Source of the DNA: Chiloscyllium plagiosum
Taxonomy: Eukaryota
Length of the DNA: 64,000 nucleotides
Assembly: GCF_004010195.1 (NCBI RefSeq)
Contig: NC_057718.1
Location: forward strand, 47,962,507 to 48,026,506
Direction of reading: 5' to 3'
The position numbers and the translations under genes are program-made. Under the pieces are notes generated by a model, which was not told the DNA's origin, searched no databases, and was given only the letters and a program-made list of their open reading frames with translations. This document shows, one piece after another, positions 28,111 to 40,990 of the stretch (the first letter of the stretch is position 1; the number at the start of each line of letters is the position of its first letter).

Positions 28111-29253
28111 AGACCAAGGTTACCATCAATACATCACTATTTAATGGAGACAACACAGGATGAAAATGTTATAAACATGTTGATTAATTATTTCATAGAA
28201 TGTCAGTTATGTAGAAAATGAAAAAAGTCTTGAAGCAATTTTCATCTCTGCCTCAGTAAATCCTGCTCAAGGCCATCCAAGTTATACTTTACTGTTGCAA
28301 AATGTAAGTCAGTAATTCTACCACTGATATGGGTGATAAAACAATGCGACATATTTTTGAAAATGTTTCCAGCTACAAAGAGGAAACCAAGTTTCCCAGG
28401 AATCCCATCACTCAGGAAAAGAACTAGTATTTTAAAATCAAGCTAGTGCCCAAACATTGGTCGTATTGCATGTTACTACGTAAAACAGTCATGTTAAGCT
28501 CACATATCTGTTCCAATCACAAGAACAAAAGAATCAGTATTTCAATTTTTTTGTTAAAAATGAATTAGCTACAGGTAGCAAACTCAAAGCAAGTCTCCAG
28601 GTATGGTTTACAATGAAGTAAGTAAACAAATAAGCTGAAGGTAGGTATCCAGGTTACCCCAAAACTACAACATTTTAGTGAAATATAAACATGATGATGT
28701 ACAAGTATGAATACAAGTATCAAAGAGAGACTGCAGTAAATAGGTCAGGCAGGAGAATAGGATACAGGCAGATATGTCGATGCAGACATCTTTTTAGAAT
28801 CTGCAGTTTTAAAAAAACAAAGTAAGTAGCATGGATGACTGCACTTCAATTTCAATGGAGAACATCCACAACACAAAGCAGACCTTAATGCCAACAATAA
28901 GTGACACAAATGCTTCAATTCACAGAGGATGTGAGAGAGAAATGGGAAACTCACCATGATGCAATGAAAAACTCAAAGACACTGATCAGATCATGTAAAA
29001 GAAGGGCTCACATTACATTAGAAAATGTTTTATATTCAACAGAAGAATGCTTATCGTTATTATTTGGTGCATAGTGCAGTTACAAGCATGATGATAACAT
29101 GCCCTAGTTTATTTTCCAATCCCCTGACAAAAACTCCAGAATTGTCTGGAAACCGTACAAGCATTATGCTTCACAGTAAACAGTAATGCCTTCTATTGTT
29201 TATGTGGCTATTCTGAAAATATATGGTGCTAATTAGCAAAACATTTCCCTCAC

Positions 29254-29349
29254 CTGTCGAATGAAGAAATCTCCATGGATGAGAGAGACAACACCGAAGT
29301 TTGTAAATTTGAAAATGTATTCCATTAGCCACATCATATGGCGAACTAC
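29254..29349 (-). CDS. LPGAT1: LPGAT1 internal coding exon (equivalent to human exon 4), 96 bp, acyltransferase motif II
   Basis: Minus strand: ttttctttgttttgtccaacAG|GTA GTT CGC...CGA CAG|GTGAGG. Encodes [32 protein letters not shown] (human, recalled: [32 protein letters not shown]). Phase 0/0. Not shown in this frame in the ORF track. Confidence 0.96.
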
Positions 29350-30704
29350 CTGTTGGACAAAACAAAGAAAAATTTAATTGACATGCTATCAGCATGAGAA
29401 AACAGTCAACTGATTGAGGACCACTGGAAATTCAACCGAATCTTAAAATGTGAAAGCAACTTGTGTACCTCAAAAAATAATTGACTCTTTGCCCACCACA
29501 AAGCCATTTATGGTCGCATAAATTAATTCCAAATACAGTAACAAATACAAATGATAATCTGAATGCAAAATCTTTGCTTCATTATTCTTTTGTCTGCACA
29601 TGAACATTAGCCCTTCATTCAATCACATCAGTCAGTACCCTTCGTTTTTTGTTCTTAGTGTTTAGAAAATACTTTCATTTTATCTTTAGATCTTTTTATA
29701 GTCCCCACCCTTTGTTAATGCTGTCAGTCTATTTAACAGATAAAACTGGCAAACTGACAAGAGACTCTTGCTCAAAGAAGGATGGCTTAATAAACATTAT
29801 CATTTTAAAAATACAATGTAGCTAAGGCAATGCTTTGGTTTAGCATTCTGCTAATTGCCAAAAGATTCAAAAGCTTGAATTTTTGCAGGAAGTCTTTTAG
29901 CAGCATAGTTGTAATACTTCTAAAGTCTCAACTCCGTGCATGTTCACGCCTTAATAACAACTTTGCAATGAAATGACATCACAATATAAAATAATTTAGT
30001 TTTTAAAATTGTATGTATCACTTTACCCCAAAAGGCATTCTGATTGGAATGTTTCCACTTTCTTTTAAAAAAAAGCATGCTAAACTTTATCCCTTGGAAC
30101 TTGAATTGCAGATGGTGAGGTTATATTGCGTCAGAGTTAGAGTATGGGTCTGAAACTGTCAATGTGAAGATGTAACAATGCAATAGTAATGCTTAAGACA
30201 TTATATATGAATGCACATTTCATGACAATCATCAGACTTATTAATTCTCAAAGTCCACTGTTTTGTTGTTGCCCAAATTAAATTGCTGACAGCTGTAAAT
30301 TGATAGAAGATCTTGCAAACAAAGTTTCTCTTTTGATGGAAGCTAGCTTGTTTCAAGTTCTTGGAAAGCGATCACAGTTCAGCTCAGGAACTGAATGGCC
30401 CTGGTAAAACCTAAATTAAGCATCATGGATCTGGTTTTTGGTGAGCAAGTGCAAAACCTTGAATTGTTTGGATTCATTCTGGATTAAATAGGGTTTTAAC
30501 AAGGAATTCAGTTAAACAGGTTTACATGGGCTGTAGGCAATGTGCTTATTACAGAAAACAAAATAACTCTATAAGTTGCCAAGCAAAGATTTTTGGTAGA
30601 TACAAGATGAGGTTTGCCCATAATTGCTAGAAAACCTGAAATCTATGAAACTATGGTTGCCTAGCAATCCTTTCTAGCCCTTGTATTCGGTTTCAAGATA
30701 ATGA

Positions 30705-31966
30705 GAGAGTCATAGTCATAGAGACATAGTCATAGAGATGTATAGCATGGAAACAGACCCTTCGGTCCAACCCGTCCATGCCGACCAGATATCCCAACCC
30801 AATCTAGTCCTACCTGCCAGCACCCAGCCTATATCCCTCCAAACCCTTCCTATTCATATACCCATCCAAATGCCTCTTAAATGTTGCAATTGTACCAGCC
30901 TCCACCACATCCTCTGGCAGCTCATTCCATGCACGTACCACCCTCTGCGTGAAAAAGTTGCCCCTTAGGTCTCTTTTATATCTTTCCCCTCTCACCCTAA
31001 ACCCGTGCCCTCTCGTTCTGGACTCCCCCACCCCAGGGAAATGACTTTGTCTATTTATCCTATCCATGCCCCTCATAATTTTGTAAACCTCTAAGGTCTC
31101 CCCTCAGCCTCCGATGCTCCAGGGAAAACAGCCCCAGCCTGTTCAGCCTCTCCTTGTACCAGAGATCCTCCAAACCTGGCAACATCCTTGTAAATCTTTT
31201 CTAAACCCTTTCAAGTTTCACAACATCTTTCCGATAGGAACGAGACCAGAATTGCACGCAATATTCCAACAGTGGTTGAACCAATGTCCTGTACAGCCAC
31301 AACATGACCTCCCAACTCCTGTACTCAATACTCTGACCAATCAAGGAAAGCATTCCAAACGCCTTCTTCACTATCCTATCTACCTGCAACTCCACTTTCA
31401 AGAAGCTATGAACATGCACTCCAAGGTCTCGGTCTTCAGCAACACTCCAAAGGACCTTACTGTTGTGTGTATACGTTCTGACCCGATTTGTCTTTCCAAA
31501 ATGCAGCACTTCACATATATCTCAGTTTAACTCCATCTGCCACTCCTCAGCTCATTGGTCCATCTGAGCAAGGTACCATTGTACTCTGAGGTAGCTTTCT
31601 TCACTGTCCGCTACATCTCCAATTATAGTGTCATCTGCAAACTTATCAACCTTACCCCCTATGTTCACATCCAAATCATTTATAGAAAATATGATATAAA
31701 GCAGTAGACCCAGTACTGATCCTTGTGGCACACCACTGGTCACAGGCTTCCAGTCTGAAAAGCAACCCTCCACCACCACCCTCTGCCTATGTTCGAGCCA
31801 GTTTTGTATCCAAATAGCTAGTTCCCCCTCTATTCCATGTGATCTAACCTTGCTAACTAGTCTACCTAAGGAACCTTGTCGCACGCCTTACTAAAGTCCA
31901 TATAGGGCACATCCACCGCTCTGTCCTCAATCCTCTTCATTACTTCTTCAAAAAACTCAATCAAGT
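30705..31966 (-). mobile_element. CR1 LINE (HER1-like) 3' 1.26 kb, relatively young
   Basis: ORFs 31552..31884 (SGVPQGSVLG...FADD), 31201..31509 and 30810..31076 (FFTQRVV); tail of (CTATGA)n-type repeats at 30705-30737. Confidence 0.95.
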
Positions 31967-32189
31967 TAGATTAGTTTTGCCTTTTCTTTAGAAATTAGTT
32001 TTGTTTTATAATAAATAGATAATCTTGGAATTCATTAAAGAAACTTAGTGAAAGAATTTTATTTTTCTTGATAAAGGGAAACAATTGGCCATTTTAAAGA
32101 CTGAATCAAAAACAACTTGCAGTATAATAGGGTTTTATTAACAGCACAGTACTTCTGTCCCAGTCATAATGTAAGAAAACTTAAAAGAT

Positions 32190-32850
32190 TGCCCCTTGAA
32201 ATTCAATGGCTTCAGCATTGCTAAATTCTCCACCATCCTTACTACAGGGTTACCACTGACCAGAAACTAAATTAGACCAGCCATATAAGTACTGTGGTTA
32301 CAACTATAGGTCACAGGCTTTATATTCCTAAGTGAATAATCCAGCTGCTGACTCCCAATACCTTGTTAACCATCTACATGGCAGAAATCAGGAATGTGAT
32401 GGGATATTCTCCACTTACCTGGATGTGTGCAGCTCCAATACCATGCAAAAAGCTTGAGACTAGCTAGAACAAGCAGTCCGCTTGATGAACATCCTGTCCA
32501 CCACCTTCAACATTAACGCACAATGGTAGATGTGCATACCACCTACAAAATAAACTGCATTAACTCAACAAGGCGCCTTCAATGATACCTTCCAAACCCG
32601 CAACCACTACCTCCTTCTAGGGCAGCATATACAAGAGAACATCACCTTGTGCAAGCTCCCTTGCAAGCCATATGCCATCCTGATTTGGAACTACAATCAG
32701 CATTCTATCACCACCACTGGACACAATCCTGGACCTGTCTTCCTCACAACACAGTGGATGTGGTACAACAGTTCAAGAAACTAGATTACAACCACTTAGA
32801 GAAATTAGGGATAAATACTGGTTTAGCCAATGTTCAATTCCCACAAACAA
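32190..32850 (+). mobile_element. Old CR1/L2-clade LINE 3' fragment
   Basis: ggttaccactgaccagaaactaaa...tctccacttacctggatg...attagggataaatactgg tail. Confidence 0.6.
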
Positions 32851-34716
32851 ACATTTTTTAAAAAAAACATTAAAATCACTTCAAGATTATTTGTTCTTTA
32901 TCATTCGCTTTTGCGGGAGTTTGCTGTATGCAAATTATTTGCTACATTTTCTCAAATAGAATGACAATACATCAAATAAACTTCTTATATCAGGCTGTAA
33001 CCTGCTCCTGAAAACATGAAAGGCAGTACATAAATGCAACCATTTTTCCTTTCTAATTTTAAAGGACAACTTTTTCCTTTAAAATTTATGTCCACTCTAC
33101 AAGAAATTGTAATTATTTTCTTAACCAATGGAAATAACATGAAATCCATTAGTAGTAAGAACTAACCAATCTTAGTTAATGTATGCAGTCAAGGATTCCA
33201 AGCAGCAACCTCAACCATCTACTGAAATGAAAAATCTCAGAATAAGCAGATGTGTCTGTCACAGAAAAGAACTTTACAAATAGCTTCTTGTAACTTGCTG
33301 CAATGCTAAATGAGTATAAAAAGCAAATGCGTTACAGAAATAAACTGCAATTTATAAAGTTAAAGCATTTTCTTATCAACTTTGTGTTCAGATTGTTTTT
33401 TTAAAAAAATGATTTTCATAAAATAATATTTCATTAATTCAATGATTAATAGGATCTTATTTTTGTTCAGGCAAAATCAATGCATTCACTTAAAAATGCT
33501 GGTAACATTTGCTGGAAATAATACTTTCAGATAATAATTTGATGAAAACCAGTCACAGTTTGGAGTTTGAACATCAGCACAGCGCAGTATATAAACTGAA
33601 ACTGCACTTAGGTCAGTTGCAATGTATTTGTCAGCTCAGTACCCATGAAAAATACTTTTATTTTCAAGTTACTGTCTGTGGGCTATCAATATTGCAAGTT
33701 TTTTTACACAGTCATTCTATCATACATTTATATGACAATGAAGCAACTAAGTAGTTCACTGACGAGGCAATGTCTAACTAAGCTCACTGCTTTTTTTTCC
33801 CCCACAACCTACTGATGCATATAATACCCATGACCGACTGGTCACTACATTAGTAAATTTATGTAGCTGGTTGCTAAATTACCAGGGATCCTACAAGTAT
33901 ATCACCAGATTACAACATATAAAAAAACTCCAAATCTTGACATAAACTAACAAAATAGCTTTTTAAAGTAGGAAACTTACTACAAAATCATAATGAATTG
34001 TATTAATATAGTCTCCTCAAACATAGAAAAATGAGCCAAAGAAATACAAGGAAAACAAATGTAAAAAGGAATGGATTGAGGGATACTGTAGAAGAATTCA
34101 TACAGATTACTAAAATTATGGCCAAAATGATGAATTAAGGAGGCACTGTATTCACAGACTTAAATTACCCTTTGGTATCATATTTAGTATCTTTTTGCAG
34201 ACCTTAGGTCCATTACTATTACCAGAATCTGTTTTACAAAGTATGAATCAGTAACAGATGCACAAAAATTCATATCAAAAGGTACATCATCTCCCCATTC
34301 AACCACTGGCAAGCTGTGGGGGAAAGCAATTCATGAAGCATGGCATTCACATACTTGGCAAAATGATTTATTTGTCAAGATTGATATAAACGACTTTAAA
34401 ATTTCACCTTTGCTCTTCAGAATGATCCAGCAACATTACCACAAAATAAACATGAAATGCAAGGGGAGTGCATGCTTTAATTATTATTTGCCCAGAATGT
34501 GGTACAAAGGGCAACACAAATTGTATGCTTATACAGTGTATTTCTTCAAATAACATACAGTACTAGAAATGGCATAATTCTGTAAGCAGTGAATTCATAT
34601 TGATAGGACACATTAAATGTGTGAACTAGAATTGTTACAAATACTCAAAAGGTATCTGCTGCATCTACTTTGGACTTGTACAAAAAGACAAACTGTCAGA
34701 AAATTGCAGAGCCTAC

Positions 34717-34835
34717 CATTCCTTTGTCTTGCAGACACATCATGAGGGTGCAGACATCACCTGTTGCTTGATGATTCACCAAGACCATGGCTTCATCTTC
34801 AGTAATTGCTTTTACGTCATCTCCCCATTCAACCA
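34717..34835 (-). CDS. LPGAT1: LPGAT1 internal coding exon (equivalent to human exon 3), 119 bp, contains catalytic motif I HxxxxD
   Basis: Minus strand: tttcttttctAG|TG GTT GAA TGG...GGA ATG|GTAGGC. Encodes (V)VEWGDDVKAITEDEAMVLVNHQATGDVCTLMMCLQDKGM, closely matching human LPGAT1 VMEWGEDIKAVSKDEAVMLVNHQATGDVCTLMMCLQDKGL as I recall it. Phase 1 start, phase 0 end. Confidence 0.96.
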
Positions 34836-35759
34836 CTAGAAAAGAAAAAGCATTTGCAGCAAGGTACCACCATCCATATAAAAACAACTTCCTATCACAA
34901 CGATGGAAACAACACAAAATTGTCAGAGGAGCTATATGAAAAATGATACCTCCCAAGGGGCTTCACAGGAGCTCTAGCAAAAAATAAGCTTTTAGTCAAG
35001 TCGCAGATTGGTTAGCCATAAGTTTAAATAAATGCATTTGGACATTAATGAGCTTCTAAAAAGGAGGGAGGAAAGATTTGGAAAGGAATTCAGGAATTCA
35101 AGGCCACTTGCAGACTGAGAAAACAAATAAAACTGAGGTACACAAGGCCAAAAGCAGAAGAACACATATCTTGAAGGATATAAAGGTCCAAGGTTGTGGG
35201 AGAATTTTAAAACAAGGTTGATATTTTTAAAACAGGCTGCTGCTAACACAGAAGCTAACATTGATTAGGTGATGGGGAACAACAGTTAGTGAGATAGTAC
35301 TAACGACAGTTCTGGTTGACATTAAGTTTACAGAAGACAGAACATGGGAGTCTGGAAGGGCATATAGGAAAAGTCAAGTTCAGAGGTATCGAAGGCATTG
35401 TTGAAAGTTTCAACAACAATGAGTTGAAATTGGGTCAGGTAACATAACAGTGGAAGAAGGGAATTTTTTAAAATCATGAGATGGATACATGGTGAAAACA
35501 CATCTTGGGGTCCAATATGGCATCAAAGTTGTGAGCAACTTCAATCAACTGCAAGGTAGAGGAACATAGTTGGTAGCTAGAAATGGAGTTAGTGATGTGG
35601 TGAAAACAATAGCTTTGGTCTTCATAGCACTTAGCTTAAGGAAACTCATCCAGTAGTAAATTTCAGAAAAGTAATTTAACATATAGACATGGAGGGATCA
35701 AAAGAAGTTTTACTGAGATATGCTGGATGTTGTCAGGCTTGGACTGATAAATACTACTT

Positions 35760-36430
35760 AAGTGTCAGGCCATGACCATCTCCAGTAAGAGAGAATCTAA
35801 CCATTGCCTCTGGAAATTCGGTGCCATTTCCATTGCTGAAATCCCCGCTATCATCATCCTGGGAGTTACTCTGACCAGAAACTAAACTATGCGAGCAGTG
35901 TAAGTACTGTGGCTCCACTCATTTCTTGTCTCCTTAGCACCCATACCTTATATATAAAGTGCAGAACAGCAATGTGATGGAACAATCTTAATTTTCTTGA
36001 ATGAGGGCAACTCCAACAACCGTTGAAGTTTGACACCATCCAATATTGCACTACCTTCAACATCTATTCCCTTCATCACCAAAACAGTGACAGCAGTGTC
36101 CACAATCTACAAGATGTAATGGAATAACTCCCCATGGCTCAGTCTAAACCTGCAACCTATAGTACCTAGACGGACAGAGGTAGTAAGTTGCATGGGAACA
36201 CCATAGTCTGCAAGCTCCCCTCCAAGCCACACCATCCTGACTTGGAACAGTATCATCACTGTCAGTGCCACAAGGTCAAAATCCAAGGAACTCCATTCCT
36301 AACAAACAGCATGGATGCCCCTATAACCAAAGGACTGCTGCACTTCAAGATGGCAGCTCAGCATGACCAACTCTAGTGCAATTAGGGATGGGCAATAAAT
36401 GTTGCCAATGATGCTCATATTCCATGAATG
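35760..36430 (+). mobile_element. Old CR1/L2-clade LINE 3' fragment
   Basis: Paralogous to 32190-32850; ends gcaattagggatgggcaataaatg. Confidence 0.6.
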
Positions 36431-36634
36431 AATAAGGAAAGTGAAGAAACGGATGTTGCTGAAGGGAGCTACGTAGATACAGCAGAAATCTCATCACCAG
36501 CAGTTCATAAAACAAACTTGTGAAAACACACAAAATGTAACAAAATCTTCATGGTAGAGAAGGAGTGCATAACTAGAAGTTCAATATTCCACCATGATTT
36601 TGTGTGTTACTTCATTTAAATGTCTGCTGGAAGC

Positions 36635-36960
36635 CAGTCAGCAGCAATCTTGTAACTGAATCAGAAGATTATGGGTTCAAGTCTCACTCCTTGACTAAAC
36701 CACAAAACCAAACCTAGGCTGGCATTCTCATGCAACACAGAGGGTGCTGCATTTTTGGAGGTTAAATCTTTTAACTGAGGTGCTAAAACCAAGCTTGCAT
36801 CAGTTGTCTCAGCTGGGCATGAGAGATCCAAGGGCACTATTTCAAAGAAGAGCACCAGTTATCCTAGTGTCCTAGTCAATATTTATCCCTCAATCAACAT
36901 GAACAAAGATCTAATCATTATCAATGGTTTTTGTGGGAGAATGTTGCACTTCCTATAACA
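36635..36960 (+). mobile_element. Deu-domain SINE (SacSINE1/AmnSINE1 superfamily)
   Basis: B-box gggttcaagtc, then Deu-domain-like gagggtgctgc...gatccaagggcactatttcaaagaagagc...gtgtcctagtcaatatttatccctcaatcaacat. Confidence 0.75.
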
Positions 36961-37119
36961 GTGAATACATTTCATAAATGTTTCATTGACGGCATAATGA
37001 TTTGAGGAAAGCTTTATATTAATGCCAATCTCACATCATTCTCCCTTGCTCCAATCCACCATATTAAAATTCAGTGTTTTTCACAGAAAGAGTCAGTCAT
37101 TTTTCAGAGCTGACATTCT

Positions 37120-37255
37120 AAAGATGGCATCTTTATCAACACAGCACTTCTTCAGTATTGTACTGAAGTATTAATCCAAGTTGCATGCTCAAGTCTGTGG
37201 AATAGGATCTGAAGCTATGATCTGTCTCAGTTAAGAATGTTACCACTGAGCCATG
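37120..37255 (-). mobile_element. Deu-domain SINE 5' fragment
   Basis: Antisense cagcacttcttcagtattgtact...taccactgagcca. Confidence 0.6.
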
Positions 37256-37919
37256 GCTGATAAAACTGGGTAATTTAGCCACTAGATATCCCCAAACTGC
37301 CTGTACTGTCTTTACTTGATCAAATAAACTGGAGACAGATGTAAAAAAGGACGATAATCAAGCTACTTTTATATATAATTAATAGGTTGGTCACAATGTT
37401 AGCCACTATAATTCTACTTAAAGCCTATTTAACAGTCACTCAAGGAAGTTTCTTTGGAGGATTTTTAAAGCTGTTAGTTGTTAGGGGGAGGGGTCGAAAG
37501 AGCCGGAACAAGACACATGCTAGATCTTTATATTATATAACAGAATATCCTGAACAAAAATGATTTCACACCAAAGATTAGTCAACAGTCAACACCCAGC
37601 ATCAAATAAAACATATTTTGTATATTAGGAAATTGTACACATTATTAATTCAGCGTTACAATTTATACCTATCTCAATGTATAATTGCCTCAATTGCCAC
37701 AAGAGGATACAGTTGTTCCTCTATTGCTCTAGCTCGCATCTAAGCAACACTCATGGAAATAGGAGCACAGGATACACAACACACAATACATGATTTAGAA
37801 GGAAGAGCAGCATGAGGAATTAAAATGGATGTATAGAATATGTTTTTAATAAAAATATAGAAGAGCTATTATAAGTATAAATGAGAGATAATACTGTGGT
37901 GCAGTTAGTCTCTCTTATT

Positions 37920-39550
37920 TAGAGTCAGAGTTATACAGCACGGAAAAAGACCTTTTGGTTCAACTCATCCATGCAGACTAGTTATCCTAAGTAGATCTAA
38001 TCCAGTTGCTAAGATTTGGCTCATTTACCTTCCTATTCATGTACCCATCCAGGTGCTTTTTCCCATGTTGCAATTGCACACACCTCCAACACTCCTTTGG
38101 CAATTTGTTCTAGCATCACCATCTGGGCAATAAAGTTGCCCCTTAGGCCCCTGTTAAATCTTTCCCCTCTCACCTTAAATCTATGCCCTCTAGTTTTGGA
38201 TTCCCTTACCCTGTGAAAAAGACCTTGTCTATTCATCCTATGCATGTCCATCATTATTTTATAAACCTCCAAAAGGTCACCCCTCAGCCTCCAAAATCCA
38301 GGAAAAAAGCCTCACCCAACTCAGCCTCTCCCTAGAGCTCAAACCCTCCAATCCTGGCAACATCCTTGTAAATCTTTTCTGAACCCCCTCAAGTTTAACA
38401 ACATCCTTCCTATAGCAGGTAGACCAGAAGAGAACGCAGTATTCTACAAATGGCCTAACCAATGTTCTATGCAATTGCAACATGACATCCCAACTCCAAA
38501 ACTCAATGCATCAACCAATAAAGGCAAGTGTACTAAACACCTTCACCACCCTGTCTACCTGCAATTTCATTTTCAAGGAACCATGCACCTGCACCCTTAG
38601 GTCTTTGTTCTACTACATTCCCCATGGTCCAACAATTAGGGTGGCATGGTAGCTCAGTAGCTAGCACTGGCCACTTCACAGCACCAGCAACCTGGGCTCG
38701 ACTCCAGTCCTGGGCGACCATCTGTGTGGAGTCAGCAGATTCTACCCCTGTCTGTGTCCCTCCCCCAGATGCCCCAGCCTCCTCCCATAGTCCAAAAGTA
38801 TGGGGACCAGATGAATCGACCAGGCAGAAACTGCCCCTGCATTGCACAGTCCAGATGGACCAGCCATGGAAACTGCAAGGTCACAGGGATAGGGCTTTCG
38901 GAGGGTCATTGTGGACTCAATGGGCTGAATGGTCTGCTTCCACACTGTAGAGATGGCATGATTCTATGACTGTGTTAAGTCTTGCCCTGATTTGCATTAC
39001 CAAAATGCAACACTTCACACTTCTCTAAATTAAACTCCAATACGACATTCTTCAGCCCACTGGCCCATCTGATCAAAGTCCCTTTATACACTGAGATAAC
39101 ACACTTCACTATCCACTGCACCACCGATTCTGGTGTCATCTGTAAACTACGAACCATACCTTCTATGTTTGCATCCAAATCTTTTATATAAATGATTGAA
39201 AGTAGCAGACCCAGCACCAATCCTCGAGGCATACCACCAGTCACAGACCTCCAGTCTGAAAAACAACTCTCAAACACCACCCTCTGTCTCCTACCTTCAA
39301 GTCAATTTTGTATCCAATTGGCTTGCACCCCCTGAATTACATGAGATTTAACCTTGCTAACAAGTCTACCACGTGGAACCTTGGTCGACTGCCGTGCTGA
39401 AGTCCATATAGACAATGCTCACCACTCTGCCTTCATCAACCTTCTTTACCTTCTATTCAAAAAACCCAGTCAAGTTAATGAGACATGATCTCCCATGCAT
39501 AAAGCCATGTTGACCATCCATAATCAGTCCTTGCCTTTCTAAATTCATAT
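37920..39550 (-). mobile_element. CR1 LINE 3' part, interrupted by an HE1 SINE
   Basis: ORFs 38975..39280, 38277..38483 and 38033..38272 are CR1 ORF2 pieces. Confidence 0.9.
38639..38968 (+). mobile_element. HE1 SINE inserted into a CR1 LINE
   Basis: gggtggcatggtagctcagtagctagcact head; tail gattctatga; CR1 sequence resumes on both sides. Confidence 0.85.
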
Positions 39551-39912
39551 ACACGTGTATATGAATGTACACAAGGACTCCGCCTGCACAACCCTCAAGA
39601 AGAAATTTCTCCTCATCTGAGTCCTAAACTAGCATTTATTTATTCCAATGCTAGGCCCTTTAGGCTTTGGGACTCATCCCATAGTCAAATACTTTGCCCT
39701 TTGTGATACAGACTGTTAAATGATCTTTCCTTTCATTAGCACCTTGCTTAGCTGTTATCTTTGGGGTGTATTAGTGCACCCCACCATGAAGACTGGTGCA
39801 AAATATTCGTTTAAATTATCTGCCAATTTCCTTTTTGTCCCAGTTGAACCCTTCAAAGGTCCCACACTTATAGTTACTCTTTCATTTTAGATGCCCATAG
39901 AAACGTTGTTAT

Positions 39913-40410
39913 TTGTTGTGATTCTGTTCGCCGAGCTGGAAGTTTTTGTTGCAAACGTTTCGTCCCCTGGCTAGGCGACATCATCAGTGCTTGGGAGCCT
40001 CCTGCAAAGCGCTTCTTTGATGTTTCCTCCGGTGTTTGTAATGGTCTGTCCCTGCCGCTTCCGGTTGTCAGTTTCAGCTGTCCGCTGTAGTGGTTGGTAT
40101 ATTGGAACCAGGTTGATGTGTTTGTTGATGAATGCCATGCCCAATGTTGTTAACTCCATCAAACACATCGACCTGGACCCAATATACCAACCACTACAGC
40201 GGACAGCTGAAACTCACAACCGGAAGCGGCAGGGACAGACCACTACAAACACCGGAGGAAACATCAAAGAAGCGCTTCGCAGGAGGCTCCCAAGCACTGA
40301 TGATGTCATCTAGCCAGGGGACGAAACGTTTGCAACAAAAACTTCCAGCTCGGCGAACAGAACCACAACAACGAGCACCCGAGCTACAAATCTTCGCACA
40401 AACTTTGAAC
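39913..40410. mobile_element. Penelope-like element remnant: inverted pair of 3' ends/pLTRs with hammerhead cores
   Basis: Arms 39913-40124 and 40160-40371 are reverse complements with few mismatches. Encodes the PLE ORF C-terminus (NSIKHIDLDPIYQPL) and shares the 3' end gagctacaaatctt with 54086-54650. Confidence 0.85.
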
Positions 40411-40990
40411 TTTGTTATTTATTTTCTTATTTCTTGCCAATTTACTTCCATAAACTATTTTCTCACTTTCTATTATTTAAGTCATCTGGTGCTGGTTCTA
40501 AGACAATGCCATGGCTTTAAGAGGCTATTTTGTCCTTTTTTTTGAAGAGCAGTTTAAAGGTAGAGGCAAGGAGCAGTCTACCAGAGCCACTAGAGTAAAC
40601 AGCTTGTGAGGCCTTGGGGTTTTTATTTAACGTTAGAACAATAAAAGCAGCATGAAGCGATGTGATCAAATTCCCACAGAACCAGGATCTTTAGTTTAGC
40701 ATTCAGAAGCTACTAGGGCTGTGAAAAACTGCCACTTCTCTCCTTGCTACAAATTCTCTCTCTCTCAATTGTATTTTGATGTTTTCTCATTCTGGATTGG
40801 AGATGTGCACGTGAGACAATCTGTTTTCTGAATTTGCCTTTTACCAAGGCAGTGTTTATGGGATGTTGCTATATTGGAACAGTTAGTTAATTAGTAATTA
40901 ATATTGTATTTACTATTCTGTTACACTTTCCAATTGAGTTAACCTTTTCCAATTCCTTCTTTCTTTTGTATTTTATCTACAGTGAATGAA

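Noticed and set aside
28940..28965. Strong minus-strand donor ATG|GTGAGT downstream of the 96-nt exon
   Set aside because: No convincing acceptor or LPGAT1-like coding frame is associated with it.
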